Shown here: positions 11,736 through 24,704 of the stretch, piece after piece
Layout: each line of letters opens with the position of its first letter
Numbering within the stretch: the stretch's first letter is position 1
Assembly: GCF_006345805.1 (NCBI RefSeq)
Contig: NC_043024.1
Coordinates: 6,510,001 to 6,574,000 of the forward strand
Direction: 5' to 3'
Length of the DNA stretch: 64,000 nucleotides
From: Octopus sinensis
Lineage: Eukaryota
Position numbers and translations under genes: made by a program
The notes under the pieces: generated by a model
The model's database searches: none
Seen by the model: only the letters and a program-made list of their open reading frames with translations
What the model was told of the DNA's origin: nothing

Positions 11736-13330
11736 TACATATAGCCTTTTTTTGAAGTCTATGTTGTGTTGACAGACTTGCACTTGAAATTCCAACATTT
11801 TTAATCAAAACTTGTAGTTACTATGGTGACAACACCACCTATCTATCTTTTACACACACACACACACACACTCTCTCACTGAATTTATCTCTCAACAACA
11901 ACTTTTTTCCTCCCCCAAAAATACAGATATTTTGATTCTCCCCCTTCTTCCCCTCCCTCTGATAGGACAGACAGACAGACAGATATACGGAGATCTGTTT
12001 TTCTTTTATAATATAAGAATTTCAAAATTTGAGATGTTATCATAGCAAATATATGATTAAGATCTGCAATTCCTGATCATGTTGTTTTGGGTTCGTGCCT
12101 GATGCATGGTACCAGGTGCAAAAGTCTTCTACTCTAACTTCAGGCTGAGTGAAACCAAAATGTTTTAATATCTACATTTCAATGTTTACATGGGCCCAGA
12201 GAGAATTTGTCAAGAGATTTTCCACAACCAGATGTCCTTCTTGTCACCAGCTTTAACTGGTTTCCAAATAAGGTTATATTTTCCCAAACTCAGACATGTT
12301 TTTATGGAGAATTGTAAATAAAGGACCCTGTGTGTCCTTTAGTTACAACCATCATGTGACCCTGGGACAAAACAAAACACATTCCATTGCAAAAATGTTT
12401 GTTTTTTGCACTCAGAATAGTTGAAGCATGGAAGAAACTAGCTGCATCAGTTGTTACCTGTTGAGACCCTACATCCTTCAAAACTTCCAGGCTACCTGAA
12501 ACTCCCCAACAGTACACCTGATGCCCAACCACGCCAGTTTCATCTTCTTGCTCTTGCTCTTCTCCTCCTTTTAAGACTTATTCACCGTTCACTTCCTCTG
12601 AATATTATCGTACTGTTCGTGCAGTTTTGTTAACTTTTTTTGATGATTTGTAGAGCACCAGAGCACTCCTTACTCTCCTTACTCTCTTTACTCTTTTACT
12701 TTTTTCAGTCATGTGACTGTGGCCATGCTGGAGCACCGCCTTTAGTCAAGGAAATCAAGCCCAGGACTCATTCTTTGTAAGCCTAGTACTTATTCTATCG
12801 GTCTCTTTTGCCGAACCGCTAAGTTACGGGGACGTAAACACACCAGCATCGGTTGTCAAACGATGTTGGGGGACAAACACAGACACACAAACATATACAC
12901 ACACATACATATATACGACAGGCTTTTTTCAGTTTCCGTCAACCAAATCCACTCACAAGGCTTTGGTCAGCCCGAGGCTGTAGTAGAAGACACTTGCCAA
13001 AGGTGCCACACAGTAGAACTGAACCCGGAACCATGTGGTTGGTAAGCAAGCTACTTACCACACAGCCACTCCTACGCCTGTATACAATAAGTTCATTATT
13101 ATTATTATCATTAAAGTAGTGAGCTGGCAGATTCGTTAGCATGCCAGGCAAAATGCTTAGGAGTATTTCATCTGCTGCTATGTTCTGAGTTCCAATTCCA
13201 CCGAGGTCGACTTTGCCTTTCGTCCTTTTGCAGTTGATAAGTTAAGTACCAGTGAAATACTGGGATCAAACTAATCAACTAGCCTCCTCCCCACAAATTT
13301 CAGGCCTTGTGTCTATAGTAGAAAGGATTA

Positions 13331-13413
<83 letters not shown>

Positions 13414-13641
13414 TCAGGGGAGGGATGAGTCGATTACATCAACCCCAGTGTCCGACTGGTACTCATTTTATTGACCTCAAAAGGGCAAAAGGCAAGGTTG
13501 ACCTCAACTCCACTGAGGTCAACTTTGCCTGTCATCTTTTTGGAGTCAATAAAATGAGTACCAGTTGAACACTGGGGTTGATGTAATCGACTCATCCCTC
13601 CCCTGAAATTGCTGGCCTTGTACCAAAATTTGAAATCATTA

Positions 13642-13685
<44 letters not shown>

Positions 13686-14074
13686 ATTATGCACACACAC
13701 ACAAACACACAGAGACACACTCAAATACATACATACAAAAGGTTTCTTTCAGTTTCCACCTCTCAAATTCACACACAAGGCTTTGGTTAGTAGTTTTATT
13801 CTTTTATTATTTACTTGTTTCAGTCATTAAACTGTGGCCATGCTGGGGCAGCACCTTGAATTTTTAGCTGAATGAATCCACTCCAGAACTAATTTTTTTT
13901 TAAAGCCAGGTACTTATTCTACCAGTCTCTTTTGCTAGACCACTAAGTTACAAGGACACAAACACACCAACACCGGTTGTCATGTGGTGATGGGGGGACA
14001 AATACAGACACAAAGGCACACACACATACATACATACATACATACATACATACATACATGCATACATACATACA

Positions 14075-14126
<52 letters not shown>

Positions 14127-14736
14127 CATAGGGAGAGTTTACGAAAAAAACAAAAGACGAAGACAGGTGGTGTACAAAACAAACAGATGTATTAGTATAA
14201 CGCTCAGGAATAGAAAAAGTCTTTTACATTTCGAGCATATGCTCTTCTACAGAAAGGTACACAGAAAAAACAAGGAGAGACGACTGGCTTCTTTCAGTTT
14301 CCACCTACCAAATCTACTCACAAGACTTTGGTCAGCCCAAGGCTATCATAAAAGACACCTGCCCAAGGTGCTTTGCTGTGGGAATGAACCTGGAACCATG
14401 TGGTTGGGAAGCAAGCTTCTTACTTCCTAGGGCTACAGTAGAACACACTTGCTTGAGGATAGAGAGTCATGAAGGGATTGAAGCGGATAATGCAAAGACA
14501 GATGAACTGAAGGAGAGTCAGATGACTGGATTGGCAAACGGACACACAGACAGACAGACAGACACATACATGCACATGGGACACACACAAACAGAGACAC
14601 AGACAGACAGACCAACAGACAGGCCAACAGACAGGCCAAACAGACATGCAGACAGACCAGCAGACAGACATGCAGGCAAACACACACAGACAGGCTGACA
14701 GACAGAAATAGTTAAGAACAGGAAAAGCAGCCTCAC

Positions 14737-14880
14737 CGTATCTGGTTCTGGGATTTCTGCAATGTGGAATTCAGCTGGCACTGGTGACTTGTTTTGAAGA
14801 CACAACTCTTTTAATACACAGTCTCCAAGACAGACAAGACCAAAGTCGATGCTGGAATTTTCAACGACAACTTTAGGACC
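14737..14880 (-). CDS. DLEC1: DLEC1 exon GPKVVVENSSIDFGLVCLG...PEPDT
   Basis: tgacag acceptor, gtgagg donor, 144 nt, phase 0 to 0. Confidence 0.9.
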
Positions 14881-15457
14881 CTGTCAATAGAAGACACATC
14901 AACAATTACCTTTTGGGGCTGCCCCTATATCTTATTATAAGCTAGAATTAACTGTCATCAACAAGGAAGTTTCCCCAGAGTAGATTAAATTCTAAATAGT
15001 ACAATAATACTTAGAAAGGGTGGGGAAGGGCTCGTCAAGGGTTTCAAGTCCTGCATCCCCTTATTCTAAGGTAGGACCAAGTTCCAGCCCAAGCCACAGC
15101 AACAAAGTCCACCCACCACATTTCTCAGTGGAGGAGAGAGGATAAAGGGGAAGGGAGAAGGGGAGATGGGAGAGAGGGAGGGACAGAGGGAAGGAGAGAG
15201 ACAGGGAAGAGAGAGAGAAGGGAAAGAGGGGAGAGCAGGAGAGAGAGAAGCATAGAGGAATGGGAGAGGGCAAGAAAGAGGAAGGGAAAGAAAAAAAGAA
15301 AAAGATACACACAGACAGAGAGGGAGAAAGGGAGAGAAAAAGAGAGAAAGAGGAGGGAGAGGAAGAGAAAGAGATACAGATAGAGAGGGAGAGGGAAAGA
15401 GAGAGAAAGAGAGACAGACAGAGAGAGAGAAAGAGAGGGTGGATGAGAGATATTTAC

Positions 15458-15588
15458 CTTGAAAGATGCCTGGAGATGGTAGCAAATGGGTTCCTCTTGG
15501 TATTCAAGGTAACATTTTAAGTGCATGTTGATCTCCCCAGGTTTTAAGCCAGTAAGGCACAGTTGACAGTCTGCAGTTTTTCCAGTTT
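15458..15588 (-). CDS. DLEC1: DLEC1 exon ETGKTADCQLCLTGLKPG...HLQASFK
   Basis: ttgtag acceptor, gtaaat donor, 131 nt, phase 1 to 0. Confidence 0.88.
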
Positions 15589-16536
15589 CTACAAAAGAGA
15601 GAAAAAGAGGTAAAATACACAAAAACATAACATATTACCCTTTCGATACCAGCCCATCTGGCACCACCCCTCGTCCTGCGATACAAACTCTCTATTTTAA
15701 AATGGCCTAAATTAATACCTTCCAACAGAACTTCATGTAGATTTATAGTTCAAATCCTAGTTTAATAAGGACAAAGTTATTTTACGGAGATGCACTTGCA
15801 TAGCAAGTGACTTGATCTGAGATCATGTGCTTGAAACAAAAACAATTGCACTGTGGATGGTGGTTTATAAGCCATTTAAGAAACATACAAAAGCCGTTCG
15901 ATTTACTTCAACATTCAAATTCAATTTGTCAAAATATTTTCGTCACTTTCTAACCATTACCTGTTCCCCTCCCCTCCGTATGCAGCATGGAATTTTATCA
16001 GCGAACAGGTCGCAGTTTCAAAGCGATGAAAATATTTTGACAAATTATATTTAAATGTTGCAATGAATCTAACAGATTTTGTGCGTTTTTAAATGGCTTC
16101 TAAACACCTTCCATGCTGCAACTGTTTTTAAAGTTGTTTTTACTAAATTATTTATTGTTTTTCAAAATTAAATGAAACAATGGCAGAGTGTTTGAACTAA
16201 AATATGCTAACAAAACGGTCGGCCATTTACATACCAACCTGCCTGAGTCTGCTCTCATTCTATGATACAAACTTCAAGGTTTAAAGTGTCCTAAATTAAA
16301 ACGTCTATCAGAATTTCATGTTAATTTATATTCCAAATGCCAGCATAATAATGATAGTTATTTTACTAAATTATTCATTCTTTTCAGAAGTAATTGAAAT
16401 AAAGGAATCAGCTCCCAATAAAAACAAAATTACACAGACTGTGACTATTCATCCAGCCCATGCCAGCATTAAAAGCAGATGTAAAATGACAATGAGCATG
16501 ATGATGATGATATTTTAAAGCAAGGATTGAATTTAC

Positions 16537-16633
16537 CAACTACTCCTTCTGTTGGCTCCATTTTGATGATAAATAAATCAGAGTGTTCGCATTGCCAATG
16601 AAAGCTAATTTCATTGCAACTGTTGTTGGTGAC
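16537..16633 (-). CDS. DLEC1: DLEC1 exon VTNNSCNEISFHWQCEHSDLFIIKMEPTEGVV
   Basis: ttccag acceptor, gtaaat donor, 97 nt, phase 0 to 1. Confidence 0.87.
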
Positions 16634-16978
16634 CTGGAATTATGAGAAAAATATTGAAATATTAAAATAATATCCTACATATTGTCTAAAAGAAAATTAC
16701 CAACAACAATCCATCCATCCTTCCATCTTCTCCACCCAGAATTCCTGGGAGAGGTGAGGATATATATATATATTCGAAAACTTGTTTCAGTCTTTGACTG
16801 CAGCCATGTTGGAGCACCGCCTTTAGTCAAGCAAACCGACCCCAGGACTTATTCTTTGTAAGCCTAGTACTTATTCTATTGGTCTCTTTTGTTGAACCGT
16901 TAAATTACAGGGATGTAAACATACCAGCATTGGTTGGCAAACGATATTGTGGGGACAAACACACACACACAAACATAT

Positions 16979-17023
<45 letters not shown>

Positions 17024-17762
17024 ATCTCCCTACCCCCACTGTGCCCCGACTGGCTCCTGTGCCAGTGGCATGTACAAAGCGCCATCTAAACATGGCCAAT
17101 GCCAGTGCCACTTGACTGGCTCCCGAGCTGGTGGCACGTAAAAAGCACCCACTACACTCTCAGAGTGGTTGGCATTAGGAAGGGCATCCAGCTGTAGAAA
17201 CTCTGCCAGATCAGACTAGAGCCTGACGTGGCCTCCTGGCTTACCAGTCTCCATTCGAACCATCCAACCCATGCTAGCATGGAAAGCAGACGTTAAACGA
17301 TGATGATGATGATGATGATGATGATGATATATGCTTTTTATCTTTTACTTGTTTCAGTCATTTGACTGTGGCCATGCTGGAGTATCATCTTGAAAAATTT
17401 TAGTCAAATGAATTGACTCCAATACTTTTTCTTTTGTTAAAGCTTTTTAAAGTCTGGTACTTACTCTGTCAGTCTCTTTTGCTGAGCCCCTAGGTATGGG
17501 GATGTAAACACACCAACACCAGTTGTCAAGAAGTGATAGGGGACAAACGCAGACACAAAGACGTATACATACAGGCACATACATACACATACACACATAT
17601 ATACACATACACACATATACTTACATACACACACTCACGCACATACAAATACATACACACTGCATGCTTCTTTCAGTTTCCATCTACTAAATCCACTCAC
17701 AAGGCTTTGGCTGGCCTAAGGTTATAGTAGAATGCACTTGTGCAAGTGTTTTCTACCATATA

Positions 17763-19004
17763 CAATTTGCGTAAGATATTTGAGGACAGATTTATGTTTA
17801 TAAAAAAAACAGATATATGATAAGAGATAATAACTTTATTTATCAAAAAATTATATGAAGATAAAAATAAACCTTCTTTTCTATAATGTTATTCAATAAA
17901 GCCACCTTCAGCTTCAACAACTGTTTCTATATGAGATCTAAATCCTCTACATGTTCGAATAAAGTGGTCCTCATTAATTTTGGACATTACTCTGACTATG
18001 GCAGCTTTCAAAGAATCTTTAGTGTTATGGGCGTGTCCATTGACCTCTCTCTAAACCACGCTCCATATGTAATAGTCCAATGGATTGAGATCTGAGGAAT
18101 TAGGAAGCCAAATGTTAGGGGTTATGTGATCATGAAAATTTTCAGCCATCCATTCCTGTGTTACTAGAGCCATGTGTGATAGTGCAGAGTCTTACTGAAA
18201 CACATACGGCCTTCCATTGCATATGCTGTCTATCCAGGGCTCAACAATTATTTCCAGGACCTCAGTGGAGGCAGTAGAGTTAACGCTAAGGTCTTGTGGG
18301 AAAGAAGTAAGGAGGCATCACATGTCCTTCATTGCTGACAACCCCTAAAACCATTACAGTTGCAGGAAATTTTGTATGCATAACATTTAGAACTTCAGAA
18401 GGGTCTGCACATAGCCATCTGTCATTTCTTCTGTTAACTTTTTGATCTTGGTCGAAGTTTTTCTCTTCTTCTCCTGGATTATTCTGCTTGTTTAAGAGCC
18501 TTTTAGATCTGATGTAGTAATTTTCTTTTGCTTTTTCCGACAAAATGACCTTTTCTCATCATATAAGACTTATATTTGTCGTCTTCATGGACAACATTTC
18601 TGACTGTTCCTTATGACACATGGAGATCTTTTGCAATTGACCTCATGGACTTTCTGGGATTGTAATCAATGATCTGTTGAACTTGCTGGATACATTCATT
18701 GTTCTGAGGATTTCAGAGCGTTTAGAATGCTTTTTATGTTTTGACACTGGTGATAAATTTCCATCTTCAGTCTCTAGCGCCTTATAAATTTTGTAAACAA
18801 AAGATCTGGCAATTTAAAAAATCGAGATATTTCTAATTCGCTATGCTCAGCCTTTATAACCACAATAACAGCATGTCCCATCATTTCTTGAGTAAGCTGA
18901 GGGTCTGCCATTATTATTTTCTGAAACAAAGATTATACAAAGTTAGCAAAAAATGCAGCAGTGACCCAAAAAAATGAATGTCCTCAAATACCTTACGCAC
19001 CCTG
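17763..19004 (-). mobile_element. Tc1/mariner maT (DD37D-like) transposon, inactive
   Basis: About 26-nt imperfect TIRs (tgcgtaagatatttgaggaca and tgtcctcaaataccttacgca) with TA on both sides. Peptides EKNFDQD..NRRNDRW, KFPATVMVLGVVS.EG and DLNPLDYYIW. Confidence 0.85.
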
Positions 19005-19134
19005 TATACAGAGAGAGAGGGGGAAGAAAAGGAGGGAAAGTAGAGAGAAGTGCAAGAGAGAGTGAAAGGGAGAGAGGTAGGAGAGAAAACAAAGAGCAAG
19101 AGAGAGAGAGAGAGAGAGAGATATTCCAACTGAC

Positions 19135-19280
19135 CTGAATTTGTCTATGTTCAGTTGACCCAATCAGAATGGGTTCATGGATGAAGAGGGCATACGGTTG
19201 GATGAGCACAGCAAAAGGTACACATCTCCCTTTCATTGCAATCATTAAATCTGCTGCTTCTCCAAGTAAAGTTGATGACA
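19135..19280 (-). CDS. DLEC1: DLEC1 exon MSSTLLGE...MKGRCVPFAVLIQPYALFI...RQIQ
   Basis: ttccag acceptor, gtcagt donor, 146 nt, phase 1 to 0. KG..PF.V...PYAL motif. Confidence 0.9.
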
Positions 19281-19424
19281 CTGGAAGAATATACCAAAGA
19301 GAGTTACTGTCATCTAGAGGTAATCTGAGGCATTAAATATATCTATATTTTAATAAAATGAATAAAAGAAGTAGCATGAAACGATTGTACTACACTACCT
19401 TGGATATCCTTGTTGCTTATTTTG

Positions 19425-19461
<37 letters not shown>

Positions 19462-19463
19462 CA

Positions 19464-20240
19464 TGCATATAAGAGGGATGACCACTATGTGGACATCCAT
19501 TATGCTAGAAGTAGATCCATTATGGTCTTACCACTATGAAAAGATTGTTCTCAAGAAAATTTAGCAAATGCCAGAATGTAAGCGAGTAAGACAAATGAAA
19601 AGAAACAAAATATAGATTAATCACAAACCAGTTTCAGTATTATCACTTATGTAATTACTTATGTAATTGTCTGTAGCTCATCAGTATGATCGTCTTTGCA
19701 AATATAATTTGCAGAAATATACACGAGACATTAGCATGAGATTGAACATGTATACAGTTCTACCAATTACACTTGGGATTATCTTTCAAAAGACTTCATT
19801 TTGGTGCGTAAAAATACTGAAAATAATTCTACAGGAAATAATTCTCTGCAGTGAATTTTGCCAGTTAGAGAACATAGTTATTTAAATTTAGATTTAAAAT
19901 AATAAGGGTGAAAAAATTGAATATTAATTTGATTAATATCAATTTAAAACCTTTGTTCTAGCATATTAAGATCTGAAGATTCAGAAAAATTGTAATTGGT
20001 AGAACTGTATACGTGTGTAATCTCATTCTGGCATTTGCTAAATTTCTTGAGAACATTCCTTTCTTAGTGGTAAGACCATAGCAGATCTACTTCTAGCATA
20101 ATGGATGTCCACGTAGTGGTCATCCCTCTTATATGTATTTAATATAATTTTTCTAAATCTTCAGAGTTTAATATGCTAGACCACTGGTTTTAAATAGATA
20201 TTAATTAAATTAATATTCAATTTTTCACCCCTTATCATTT

Positions 20241-20281
<41 letters not shown>

Positions 20282-20450
20282 GGACACCTCAACTTACATC
20301 GTTAATTGGTTCCAGGAGACATGACTTAAGCCAAATTGACTTGTCTCTCGGCTAAACTGATAATAGCCATTTCCAGTTCTGAATATTAATTTGATTAATA
20401 TCAATTTAAAACCAGTAGTCTAGCATATTAAAATCTGAAGATTCAGAATG
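19464..20450. mobile_element. Cluster of inverted copies of a pLTR-like repeat (related copies at 25240-25610 and 54232-54445)
   Basis: 19464-19585 is inverted relative to 20025-20135, and 19885-19990 relative to 20145-20245. Hammerhead-like motif on the minus strand at about 19615-19690. Confidence 0.6.
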
Positions 20451-21095
20451 CATTTTCAATAATATATCCTTAAAAATGTTTTAGCCCAAAGGCCACGGCC
20501 ATGCTGGAGCACCACCGCTGTTAATATGGTTAATATAAAACTATTTTAAGCTTAGAAAAAAATAATTTTTATTTTTTAATACAGTACGGTAAAAAAAAGT
20601 AATCTAAATTTATGAATATAATCTGGTGGTGTTTACCACACATCACAGAGGTTTTATTTATGAATGTGGTTTGCAATAAGACATGGTAAAACAAGTCTTT
20701 TTTAAACTTAAAAAAACAAATTCAGTCATTATTATTATTTCACAATAGTGAAAAAAACTAAATTATTTTAAATTTACCAATACATACAATTTGGGTATTT
20801 CAGGATTTCGTTCCCTAAGCTACACTGCTTTATGGTGTGTATCTTAACATTTACTGTACATATTTTAATATGATTTTATATGCTTTTATTCTTATTTATT
20901 GTACAGTAACCTGATTTTATGTGCTTTTAATGGTTTTCTAGTGATTTTATGATTCCAATATTTGTGGCAGACAGATATAAAGTCGAGTAAAATGACTTAA
21001 CTTGATTTTAACTTTTCCATATATTATTTTTGAAAATTGACCGATTATTGAGAATGACTTAAATCGAAACGACCAAAGTATTCCTGTATATATAT

Positions 21096-21170
<75 letters not shown>

Positions 21171-21233
21171 CACACACACACATTTATGTATTCGTTTGCA
21201 AGATTCTCGATGTGAACTCATGTGTTGAAACAG

Positions 21234-21442
21234 ATATTGATGTATTTGGGGATGGTTATGTTGCCAGTTTAGCCAATGAAAACACACGCACTGTATATTT
21301 GGTGTTCACTTGCTTCAACTTTATTTCATATTAATTGTATTTGTATTAATATAAAATAAAGCTGAAGCAAGTGAAAACCAAATATACAGTGCGTGTGTTT
21401 TCATTGGCTAAACTGGCAACATGGCCATCCCCAAATACATCA

Positions 21443-21447
<5 letters not shown>
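21234..21447. repeat. Inverted repeat with arms of about 105 nt
   Basis: atattgatgtatttggggatgg...aaatgccagtttagcc-type arm mirrored by ...ccatccccaaatacatcaatat. Confidence 0.85.
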
Positions 21448-21473
<26 letters not shown>

Positions 21474-21482
21474 GACAAATAT

Positions 21483-21885
21483 TCTATAATTATAATCAGG
21501 GGTCAGCTAATTGCTTCACCATGCACCAAATTCAGAAATAGGAGTTAAATGCCTTTTCTACTACCATAAAGATCTCTCAGACAGTAACACACTTTTTTAC
21601 GTAGGCAAAAAGAAGCAATAACGAATCCACACGGATTAACTACATACTTTAATCTTGTAACGCATATGTAGCTAATCTGAGTCGTGTGGATTCGTTATAT
21701 TTTCTTTTTGCCTATCTAAAAAAGTGTATTACTGTTTGGGAGATCTTTATGGTAGTAGAATATCTAAAAAAGTGTATTACTGTTTGGGAGATCTTTATGG
21801 TAGTAGAAAAGGAATTTAACTCCTATTTCTGAATTTGGTAGGTGGCAAAACAATTAGATGACTCCTGATTATAATTATAACATAC
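21483..21885. mobile_element. Foldback MITE-like long inverted repeat
   Basis: Arms of about 170 nt, tataattataatcagg...cctgattataattata, with a short spacer and a tandem duplication of about 47 nt in the right arm. Confidence 0.7.
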
Positions 21886-22767
21886 CAAACTACTTGGTAA
21901 AATTATTAATTATTAATTAATTAATTAATTTTACTCTTTTATTACATATATGTATGTATATAGGTAAGTAGAGTTTAAGGAATAAGAATATCCATTCTTA
22001 CTACCAGTATCATTTACCTATGTTAACCCTGGGCATAGAAATGCAAGCATGCTAGCTTATAGAGTACAGGTAATAACAAAATAAACAAGAGTTATTATTT
22101 CTCTAGCTCATTTGCTAGTTTACTCTTTTGCCCATCAACTTCAAGCTTCACATTGCAAAATGATATGATTCTAATTTAATTGGAGCCTTCTTGTTTCATC
22201 TCAAGGCCCTGTTCTTTCCTCTTGCCTTCCTTTATTTTATGCGTTTGTGTTCACTCTTATGAAGCTCCATGAACAAGATCGAATGTACTATGAAGATGAT
22301 GAATATTATTTTCGGAATTTTCTTTGTAGGCATCAACTGACATTCATAGCCGAAACAGTTGTAAGCAACTGTTATGTTTTGTATTAAAAAATAATTAACC
22401 AATGCTGGTCAATTTGCTTGCTTGTTGACCAAAAGTTTTCTACATTTTCTGCTTATTTTATGTGTGTGTGTGTGTGTGTATTAATTAAGTAATGAGAAAA
22501 TGCATTTGGTATTAAACTTCATTCTGTACAATGTCTGTTTCGACCTGCTATTGACCATTATGAGTTGGACTCTGTTCAACATGTTGTGTTGCATCGATTT
22601 TGCAGTCTGGCTCTTATCAGGTACATTAATAGATAATGTTGTGTCTCACTAAAAATCTTGAGGGTTGGCTGCCATGTTGTTCTATGCCCATCTAGTTAGG
22701 GAATGAATAAAATGCGAATAAGACTGCAGAAAACCGAAAATTCAAATATTATGCATGCACGAACGCA

Positions 22768-22802
<35 letters not shown>

Positions 22803-22844
22803 CACACACACACACACACACACACACACCATTCTTCCATATAC

Positions 22845-23565
22845 ACAAGTGCCTGCACACCCTAGTTCAGCTGGGTCACTGTTATTATCTCCCCTTTACT
22901 CAGTCTCTTTCTTCTAGTCATTTCATCATGTTGAACTGTTAACCCCTGCACAATTTTTTTTGTCAGATTTTCCCATGAAGTGATCAGCTTGGTGCATTTT
23001 TCCTCAGGTGTCAGATGTGGCACCCACCAAACGGAAACCTTCATTGTGCCACTTTCATTGTGCCACTTTCATTGTGCAGAATATTCTCGACTTTCTCACA
23101 GGATATGCTAACAGCATTGGTTCTTTGATTTATAGTCAATCACTGGTCATCCATCACCATGTGGTGAACATAATAACTGTTTTCCTCAGTGATGCAGGAT
23201 GTCCAGACCTTGGGTCATCTTCAAGACTCTCCCTCAACTGCCCACTTTTGCACTGTTGATAAAGTTGGAGTGTAATCCCTTAATGGAGCAACCATGTCAA
23301 CATAAATGCCTTTGAGGGCTAAACCCTTTTTCTGCAGGGACTTGATAAAACCACAATGCCAAATTTTGTCCATTTTCAAGAGAAGTGGAAACTAGTTACT
23401 TTTGAAGTCTTCTTTGAACAGTCAGAAGTCAGTTTACCTGGAAAGAAACAATGGAGTTATTAATAAGAAGAGCTGAAATTTATGCAATGCAATATTTCAC
23501 AGCTCTAGCATTACTCCTTCGCAGTCAGTATAGGAACTCTTCAGCCGATCTTAGTACAAGGTGAA
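22845..23565 (-). mobile_element. Mariner 5' fragment
   Basis: LEDDPRSG and KVSVWWVPHLT peptides; mariner-like end near 23540-23565; internal 14-nt tandem repeat tttcattgtgccac. Confidence 0.7.
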
Positions 23566-24559
23566 TTTTTCAGAGTAAACTTTATAATAATAAAAAGTAG
23601 GTCAACTTATATACACCAAAGTGTCTTTGAAGGACCAAACATCCAATGTGTAATGCATAAGAATCTCGAAAGATAGTAAATGAAATTTGAATGTGTACAC
23701 TACATCTTCTTAAAGCTGGGTTTCAACTCTGGGCTGCAGCAACAAATTCTACTTGCTATGACTCTCAGTTCAACATCACTGCATTGAGGTCATGGATACA
23801 CTCCAGGCCAGAGTCTGCAATCAAGTTGTTGATGTGTGATAATATGTTGATCTTTGCCATCAGCCACATCTCTTCCATCAGGGTTTCAAGATTCGAAATC
23901 AGAAGTGCCAGAGAGATCCTGGCAAGCATTGACAACAGGTGGTAGATTAGGAGCTTGAACCCTAGTGCCATTAGTAAACCATGTCATTTTGGCATTTCAA
24001 TAGATTAATACTGTTAGGGGTCGCATACTCCTCCTGATGATTTTATTTCCTCATTAGCAGAGACAGGATCTCCTATGGTGAAGTAGAAATTGCCTGGACC
24101 CAATGAATCTGTTGAAGCTTGCATCCACTTCATACCAACATCCCACAATTCAAGGCTGGAATTTTTTATCGTTGAAGTTTATTATTCAAGGTAAGCTTTG
24201 TCCAGGGCTGTTTATTTTTATATTCATAGGTGACCTTCATACCTGAAGGCCTTTTTTCCTATCTGCCACCTGGGTACACAGTAGATGGAAGCTTTCACCA
24301 GGGGCTGCCAGAAGATGGTTTGACTCAGTCCTCCCCACCAACAGCCTTAGGCCCCTACCATCTCCAGATTTTCTATAAGGGTTTACTCCCTTAACCTCTC
24401 ATACTCCTGTGTGTATAAACAGAAAGCCTCTCTACGCTATGTGATATGTCTAACTTGTATGCTAGAAAATATGGTATTCATCTGACCCATGCTAACATAA
24501 AAAAAAAACAGACTGCAAACAAAAAAAGATAAACAAAGGAATAAAACAGAGTAACATAC

Positions 24560-24704
24560 TTCGTTTCTGGAGTTCTTTCTCAATGTTTTTCAGGAGTTGA
24601 AGAGAGTGTCGGCGATCAGAAAAAATAACGCTCTCACTCATAAAATCTTTGTGACTTGGTGGCTCTTCAAGTATCATGTGCCAGACACAGTCGAAGGAAC
24701 CAAC
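24560..24704 (-). CDS. DLEC1: DLEC1 exon VGSFDCVWHMILEEPP...ELQKR
   Basis: tgacag acceptor, gtatgt donor, 145 nt, phase 0 to 1. Confidence 0.85.

Noticed and set aside
15636-15790. Candidate DLEC1 exon (MKFCWK-like)
   Set aside because: Stops in all usable frames. The needed exon was found at 16537-16633, and the segment resembles a dispersed repeat.
23690-24440. Non-repetitive, coding-like stretch (also 143-480 and 12300-12640)
   Set aside because: No frame stays open with matching splice sites, no recognisable motif, and the DLEC1 chain is complete without them. Possibly old decayed elements.
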